From an uncultured Planctomycetia bacterium (GTDB lineage: Bacteria; Omnitrophota; Gorgyraeia; Tantalellales; Tantalellaceae), in contig CAZGQR010000002.1 of NCBI GenBank assembly GCA_964527765.1, forward strand, positions 50,986-114,985: a DNA stretch of 64,000 nucleotides, read 5' to 3'. This document shows positions 57,052 to 64,000 of the stretch, piece by piece; within the stretch, counting starts at the first letter, position 1, and each line of letters opens with the position of its first letter. The notes beneath the pieces are model-generated. The model did not search any database. It was not told the DNA's origin and saw only the letters and a program-made list of their open reading frames with translations. Made by a program: the position numbers and the translations under genes.

Positions 57052-57822
57052 TTGCGGCATCATTTTATAGACGAATACAGTGACGGGGGAAGTTTCATTC
57101 ACCGGCTGGACCCGAGAGCGAAACTCGCGGGCCTTCTCATGTTCATATTATTCGTGATAAGCACGCCCCCGGACTCTTTTATCTGTTTCGCGCTTTACGG
57201 CGCGCTTATCTGCGGCTTGATCTTGCTATCCGGCATACCTCCGGCGTTTATGATCAAAAGATCCCTGTGCATATTCCCGTTCGTGTTTCTGGTCGCCATG
57301 TTCATTCCTTTTTTCAGGGAAGGGGAGATCGTCTGGACGGGATCTTTCGGCCCGATGCATCTTGCGGTTACGCGCGACGGCCTGATGGTCTTTTGGAACG
57401 TTCTTTCCAAGGGATACCTGAGCGTTCTGTGCCTGATCCTCCTTATGAGCAGCACCGGGTTCGTTGACCTTTTAAAGGGGATGGAAAGATTAAAGCTGCC
57501 GGGACTTTTTATCATGATACTTTCGTTCATGTATCGCTATATTTTTCTGGTGGAAGATGAATTGATGATCATGAAACGGGCAAAAGATTCCCGGTCGACA
57601 GGAGGGTCGAGGTGGTTTCACATAAGGGCCCTGGCCAATATAATAGGGGTACTGTTCATAAAAAGCTATGAAAGAGCGGAAAACGTTTATCTTGCCATGT
57701 GCTCGAGAGGATTTAACGGCTGTGTGAATACTTTGAACGTTTTCCGGTTAAGGGCCGGCGATTGGGGTTTTCTGGTTACCCTGGCCGGCGTGTTGGCGGG
57801 GATCCGCTTTGCATGGGGATAA
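57052..57822 (+). CDS. cbiQ: ECF T component CbiQ/NikQ
   Basis: IHRLDPRAK, FMYRYIF, SYERAE.VY.AM.SRGF; probable TTG start. Confidence 0.9.
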   Translation: MRHHFIDEYSDGGSFIHRLDPRAKLAGLLMFILFVISTPPDSFICFALYGALICGLILLSGIPPAFMIKRSLCIFPFVFLVAMFIPFFREGEIVWTGSFGPMHLAVTRDGLMVFWNVLSKGYLSVLCLILLMSSTGFVDLLKGMERLKLPGLFIMILSFMYRYIFLVEDELMIMKRAKDSRSTGGSRWFHIRALANIIGVLFIKSYERAENVYLAMCSRGFNGCVNTLNVFRLRAGDWGFLVTLAGVLAGIRFAWG

Positions 57823-57823
57823 G

Positions 57824-58579
57824 ATGCGCAAAAAAGTCATCAAGATCAGGGAATTAAGTTATAAGTATCCCGACGGGACAAGGGCGCTGGATAATGTTGA
57901 CATGGATGTCTTCGAAGGCGATTCTGTCGGGATCATTGGCCCCAACGGGGCGGGGAAATCCACGCTCCTGTTCCATCTCAACGGTATTTTGGAGGGACAA
58001 GGGCGGATCAGCATAATGGGCATGGAAATAGAGAAACAGAACCTGGCTTATATCAGGAGCAAGGTGGGGCTGGTTTTTCAGAATCCGGATGACCAATTGT
58101 TCATGCCCACGGTTTTTGATGACGTGGCGTTCGGTCCGATCAACATGAAATTGACAGAGGATCAGGTCAGGGAGACGGCCAGTAAGGCCCTGTCGGATGT
58201 GGACATGTCAGATGCCGCCGGACGCTCCTCACATCATCTGAGTTTCGGAGAAAAGAAAAGGGTCTCATTGGCGACAGTTCTGTCCATGCATCCGGAAATA
58301 TTGGCTTTGGACGAGCCCACCAGCAATCTGGACCCAAGACACAGGCGGGAATTGATAAGCCTTCTTAGGCAGCTGCCTCTCACAAAGGTGATCACGACCC
58401 ACGACCTGGAACTGGTCGTGGACACATGTTCGAGGGTCGCGTTGATGGACGGCGGAAGAGTGGTCGCCTCGGGCGCAACCAGGGACATGCTTGCAAATAA
58501 GCACCTGCTTGAATCTCATCATCTTGAAGTTCCGGCTTCACTTCTGCGCGAACGATCGTACCTTAACTCCCGAATATAA
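57824..58579 (+). CDS. cbiO: ECF ATPase CbiO/NikO
   Basis: GPNGAGKST, FQNPDDQLF, LSFGEKKR, LDEPT, THD. Confidence 0.92.
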   Translation: MRKKVIKIRELSYKYPDGTRALDNVDMDVFEGDSVGIIGPNGAGKSTLLFHLNGILEGQGRISIMGMEIEKQNLAYIRSKVGLVFQNPDDQLFMPTVFDDVAFGPINMKLTEDQVRETASKALSDVDMSDAAGRSSHHLSFGEKKRVSLATVLSMHPEILALDEPTSNLDPRHRRELISLLRQLPLTKVITTHDLELVVDTCSRVALMDGGRVVASGATRDMLANKHLLESHHLEVPASLLRERSYLNSRI

Positions 58580-58692
58580 AAACATTTTATTTTATTGCTT
58601 TAAAGCGAATCATTGATAAAATAGTAGATATCAAGTGAGACTCCTCGCTTTTTTGCGAAAGCGGGCAAAAGGCGCATTGAATAAGGAGAAAT

Positions 58693-60798
58693 ATGATGGA
58701 TGAAAGAGCCGAAGAAAAAGACATCAGGACGGCAGCGGATATTTATGGCGAAAATGTCTTCAGCCTCAGGACCATGCGCAATTATCTTTCGGATAAGGCG
58801 TTCAATTCCCTGAGGTCGACCATAAAGGAAGGCCGCTCTCTGGACCCGGAGATCGCCAGCGAGGTGGCCGATGCCATGAAGACCTGGGCCGTTTCCAAGG
58901 GGGCGACTCACTTCACCCACTGGTTCCAGCCTCTGACCGGCGCCACTGCCGAGAAACACGATTCGTTCATCATGCCGGATCAGGAGGGGGGAGCTATTCT
59001 CAAATTTTCGGGAAAAGAACTTATAAAAGGCGAGCCGGACGCGTCGAGCTTTCCTTCAGGGGGTTTGAGGGCGACATTTGAAGCGCGCGGATATACGGCA
59101 TGGGATCCGACCAGCCCCGCTTTCATCAAAGAAGGCAAGAACAGCGCTACCCTATGTATCCCGACGGCGTTTTATTCATATCACGGAGAGGCGCTTGATA
59201 AGAAGACCCCGCTACTCAGGTCCAGGGACGTGCTTTCCAAACAGGTCTGCCGGCTCGGGAAGCTCTTCGGTATCGATGTGGAGAACAAGCGCGCGTACGC
59301 GGAACTCGGCCCCGAACAGGAATATTTTCTTGTCGACAGGAAACTTTACGGCAAAAGGCTTGATCTTATCCAGACGGGCAGGACGCTTTTCGGGAGAAAA
59401 CCGGCGAAGCACCAGCAAATGGGAGATCACTATTTCGGCGCTATCAAGGGCCGCGTGCTGACATTCATGGAAGATGTTGACCGCGAGCTGTGGAGACTCG
59501 GGATACCCGCGAAGATCCGCCATAATGAGGTCTGCCCGGGGCAGTACGAAATAGCTCCCATTTTCGAGGAGCTGAATCTCTCCGTGGACCATAACATGAT
59601 GATAATGGAAACGTTGCGGCAGGTCGCGGAACGCCACGGATTCGTGTGTCTCCTGCATGAAAAACCTTATGCCGGCGTGAACGGTTCCGGCAAACACATC
59701 AATTGGTCCATCTGCGGTCCTGACGGAAAGAACTGGCTGAGCCCCGGCGATGATCCCCACGAGAACGCCAAGTTCCTTACGATCATCTGCGTCCTGATGA
59801 AGGCCATTGATAAATATGCGGGACTGCTCAGGGCTTCCGTTGCTTCCGCCGGAAATGACCACCGGCTCGGCGCGAACGAAGCACCCCCTGCGATCCTTTC
59901 CGTCTTTTTAGGCGGGCCGCTGCGCGACGTGATAGACCAGATCGAACGGGGCGGCGCAAAGAGCTCTCCCAAAAGCGGAGTTATAGAGATAGGCATGACG
60001 TCCCTTGCGCCGATGCCTCGCGATATAACCGACCGGAACAGGACATCTCCCTTTGCCTTTACGGGGAACAAGTTCGAGTTTCGTGCGGTCGGATCGAATC
60101 AGAGTTGTGCGGGGGCAAGCGTCGTTCTGAACACCATTGTTGCCGATGTGCTGGACGAGGTCTGCGCGAAACTGGAGTCTGACGCGGAAAGCGGGAAAGA
60201 TTTCAACGAATCTCTCCAGGCGGTTCTTCAGGACATCGTAAAAAAACACAAGCGTATTCTGTTTGACGGCGACAATTACAGCGAAAAGTGGCAAAAGGAG
60301 GCCAAAAGACGCGGGCTTCCCAATCTCAAGACCACCCCTGAGGCGCTTGAAATGCTGCAGGACAAAAAGACCGTTGAACTGTTCGAAAAGCACGGAGTGC
60401 TTTCAAAAGGAGAGCTCAGGTCCCGTTATGAGATATATAAGGGACAGTACGAGAAGATCATCGATATAGAGGCCAGGTGCGCCTTGACCATGGCCAAGAC
60501 CATGATCGTCCCCGTGGCGATCGAATATCAGAATGATCTCGCGGAGACAATAGAGGATGTACAGAGCTGCGGCTGTAAACCGAGAGAGACCAGAAAAATG
60601 CTTAAAGAAGTATGCGGCCTGACCGAAAAGTCCCTGGCCGGCATCAGGAAACTCGAGAATGCCATCGAAAGCGGCTCCACGCCGGAGATGATAACCGGCA
60701 TGAACGAGCTGCGGGATACAGTGGATGCCCTTGAAGGCCTGATGCCCGAGAGTATATGGCCGCTGCCTTCCTACGCCAAGATGATGACGCAGGCTTAA
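58693..60798 (+). CDS. glnA: Glutamine synthetase type III
   Basis: THWFQPLTG.TAEKHD, GEPDASSFPSGG.R.TFEARGY, NGSGKH.NWS, HRLGANEAPP, DRNRTSPFAFTGNKFEFR; 701 aa. Confidence 0.95.
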   Translation: MMDERAEEKDIRTAADIYGENVFSLRTMRNYLSDKAFNSLRSTIKEGRSLDPEIASEVADAMKTWAVSKGATHFTHWFQPLTGATAEKHDSFIMPDQEGGAILKFSGKELIKGEPDASSFPSGGLRATFEARGYTAWDPTSPAFIKEGKNSATLCIPTAFYSYHGEALDKKTPLLRSRDVLSKQVCRLGKLFGIDVENKRAYAELGPEQEYFLVDRKLYGKRLDLIQTGRTLFGRKPAKHQQMGDHYFGAIKGRVLTFMEDVDRELWRLGIPAKIRHNEVCPGQYEIAPIFEELNLSVDHNMMIMETLRQVAERHGFVCLLHEKPYAGVNGSGKHINWSICGPDGKNWLSPGDDPHENAKFLTIICVLMKAIDKYAGLLRASVASAGNDHRLGANEAPPAILSVFLGGPLRDVIDQIERGGAKSSPKSGVIEIGMTSLAPMPRDITDRNRTSPFAFTGNKFEFRAVGSNQSCAGASVVLNTIVADVLDEVCAKLESDAESGKDFNESLQAVLQDIVKKHKRILFDGDNYSEKWQKEAKRRGLPNLKTTPEALEMLQDKKTVELFEKHGVLSKGELRSRYEIYKGQYEKIIDIEARCALTMAKTMIVPVAIEYQNDLAETIEDVQSCGCKPRETRKMLKEVCGLTEKSLAGIRKLENAIESGSTPEMITGMNELRDTVDALEGLMPESIWPLPSYAKMMTQA

Positions 60799-60807
60799 AC
60801 TAATACC

Positions 60808-61524
60808 GTGAAAAAATCATCCGAAAAAGAATATCTTGCTACGCTGACCAAGATCAGCAGGGCCATAACGTCCGACCTTTACCTTGAAGACATACTGAAG
60901 CTTATTGTCAACCTTACGGCCAGTGTCATGAAAGCCAAGATATGTTCTTTGTGGCTCCTTGATGAAGAGACCCGGGAACTTAAGATAAGAGCTACCCAGG
61001 CGATGAGCCAGGGATATTTGAAGGACAGGACATTGAAGGTAGGAGAAGGCATTGTCGGTCTTGTGTTCAGGGAAAAGAAACCGATGGTGATCTCCGATGT
61101 TTCCAAGGACAAGAGATACAAGGAAAAGAAGCTTGCGGGAAAAGAAGGCCTTGTTTCGATGCTCAGCGTTCCCATGCTGGTCAAGGACAGGAGTATCGGA
61201 GTTATAAACGTATATACCGTAAAGCCGTACAAGTACACAAAGAGCGACATAAACTTATTAAGCGCGGCTGCCAATCAGGCGGCGGCAGCTATCGAGAATA
61301 CCGAACTCATGGTCAAGACCAAGGTCATACAGGAGGAGCTCGAGGCCAGGAAAAAGATCGAAAAAGCTAAGGGTATCCTGATGAGAGAGCAGGACCTGTC
61401 GGAGGATGAGGCCTACGCGCTTATAAGAAAATCCAGCATGAACAAGCGTATTTCCATGAAAGACGTCGCCGAAGCGATAATACTCTCTTTTGATATCAGA
61501 AGGCCCGAGAAAAAACGGTCATAA
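60808..61524 (+). CDS. GAF-ANTAR RNA-binding antiterminator
   Basis: N-terminal GAF (GEGIVG, SVPM, GVINVY), coiled coil, ANTAR LEARKKIEKAKGILM...SEDEAY..IRK.SM. Confidence 0.92.
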   Translation: MKKSSEKEYLATLTKISRAITSDLYLEDILKLIVNLTASVMKAKICSLWLLDEETRELKIRATQAMSQGYLKDRTLKVGEGIVGLVFREKKPMVISDVSKDKRYKEKKLAGKEGLVSMLSVPMLVKDRSIGVINVYTVKPYKYTKSDINLLSAAANQAAAAIENTELMVKTKVIQEELEARKKIEKAKGILMREQDLSEDEAYALIRKSSMNKRISMKDVAEAIILSFDIRRPEKKRS

Positions 61525-61532
61525 GGAGGGAT

Positions 61533-61928
61533 ATGAGAAAAGTACTGGTGTTGGTCATTTTCCTGGCTCTGCCGCTTACGGGTTGTGCCATATTTGAGGT
61601 TCAGGGCCTGAAGGATAAAGTGGATGTCCTGGAAGAAAAGGTGGCTTCTATTGAAGATCAGATGGGGGAAAAAGGCGAAGGGATCACCTATACTTCAACG
61701 GCCGAGGCCGAAAAACCGGGCAGACGGGAACCCGTCGTTTCAATGTCCAATAAAGAAGTGCAGATCGCTCTCAGCAATGCCGGGTATTACGGCGGGCCGA
61801 TCGACGGCAAACTGGGGCCGAAGTCCAAAAAAGCCATCAAGGGATTTCAGGCTGATAACGGGCTCAAGGTTGATGGCATTGCCGGCTCCAAAACCAAGAG
61901 AGCGCTCATACGTTATTTGACAAAATAA
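61533..61928 (+). CDS. Lipoprotein with peptidoglycan-binding domain
   Basis: Lipobox LTGC; VQIAL..AGYY.GPIDG..G..S..AI..FQ..NGL.VDGIAG.KT. Confidence 0.88.
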   Translation: MRKVLVLVIFLALPLTGCAIFEVQGLKDKVDVLEEKVASIEDQMGEKGEGITYTSTAEAEKPGRREPVVSMSNKEVQIALSNAGYYGGPIDGKLGPKSKKAIKGFQADNGLKVDGIAGSKTKRALIRYLTK

Positions 61929-61938
61929 GTTTTTTCTC

Positions 61939-63434
<1,496 letters not shown>

Positions 63435-63451
63435 TCCGGCGCAGGGTATGT

Positions 63452-63485
63452 AAAAACGCCCGAGGTTTTCCTCGGGCGTTTTTTT
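63452..63485 (+). terminator. Intrinsic terminator after gdhA
   Basis: AAAAACGCCCGAGG-tttt-CCTCGGGCGTTTTTTT. Confidence 0.9.
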
Positions 63486-63556
63486 CTACACATTATACAG
63501 GATATATTATATAGTATTATAATTATAGTCGGACATAAGACATAAGAGGACAATTT

Positions 63557-64000
63557 ATGGATAGCGTTTCTTTGGGGCTTGCGTTTTTAGCCGGTATTCT
63601 TTCTTTTCTGTCCCCCTGCGTGTTGCCGCTCGTGCCGGGCTATATTTCGTTTTTGTCGGGCGTATCCCTGGAGGAACTGCGGGAAGGCACGCGGCGCAGG
63701 GAAGTTGCCCTGAAAGCAGGCCTGACCTCCGTGTTCTTTGTTATGGGATTTTCGATCGTCTTCGTGGCACTGGGTGCCTCCGCTTCCTTTATCGGTAAAT
63801 TGCTGGCGGATCATATCGTAGTATTGACCAGGATAGCCGGAATAGTGATCGTGATCCTGGGACTGCATCTGGTAGGGATCCTTAAGGTCGGGTGGCTTAA
63901 TTATGAAAAACGTCTGAATATAGGGCGGTTCCATCCCGGTTTTTTCGGCGCCTTGCTGATCGGTTTGGCTTTCGCTTTCGGCTGGACCCCCTGCATCGGA
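63557..64000 (+). CDS. ccdA: CcdA/DsbD-type thiol-disulfide transporter (partial, runs off window end)
   Basis: Not in ORF track; manual translation MDSVSLGLAFLAGILSFLSPCVLPLVPGY...AFGWTPCIG. Confidence 0.9.
   Translation, partial: MDSVSLGLAFLAGILSFLSPCVLPLVPGYISFLSGVSLEELREGTRRREVALKAGLTSVFFVMGFSIVFVALGASASFIGKLLADHIVVLTRIAGIVIVILGLHLVGILKVGWLNYEKRLNIGRFHPGFFGALLIGLAFAFGWTPCIG

Noticed and set aside
58620-58692. ANTAR motif or glutamine riboswitch upstream of glnA(III)
   Set aside because: AAAGGCG is present but has no closing stem, no second hexaloop hairpin and no terminator; no glnA-motif structure recognised
63500-63552. AT-rich stretch and GACATAA tandem duplication before ccdA
   Set aside because: Only two short copies; consistent with an ordinary promoter region, not a CRISPR array or repeat family

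Overview
A 64 kb gene-dense chromosomal segment from an anaerobic diderm bacterium. The gene content suggests a Candidatus Omnitrophota-like lineage, but that is inference. In order it contains: partial hppA and a two-component pair; a surface-polysaccharide locus (Wzx, sulfotransferase, methyltransferase, KpsF, a KpsS/C-like transferase, GT2/GT4); housekeeping genes including dinB; a tRNA-Asn(GUU) gene split inside its anticodon (35/36) by a 336-nt group I intron with a structured insertion in the P1 loop; trkH, archaeal-type alanine dehydrogenase and nrdJ; a Fur-box-headed operon of unknown function (DUF5320, NifB/NifX, 4Fe-4S MinD-type ATPases, radical SAM); an APC permease-PTS EIIA fusion; a Rex-box-headed ~17 kb operon for an Mrp-linked group 4 [NiFe]-hydrogenase with an NAD(P)H-type AsrAB/HydBG module, a PhoU-domain gene and a reduced Hyp set; a NikR-operator-headed porin plus ECF nickel transporter; and glnA(III), a GAF-ANTAR regulator and gdhA, whose leader carries an ANTAR dual hairpin overlapping a terminator. 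No CRISPR array, transposase, prophage or rRNA was seen. Many starts were adjusted from the ORF track using RBS and overlap evidence.
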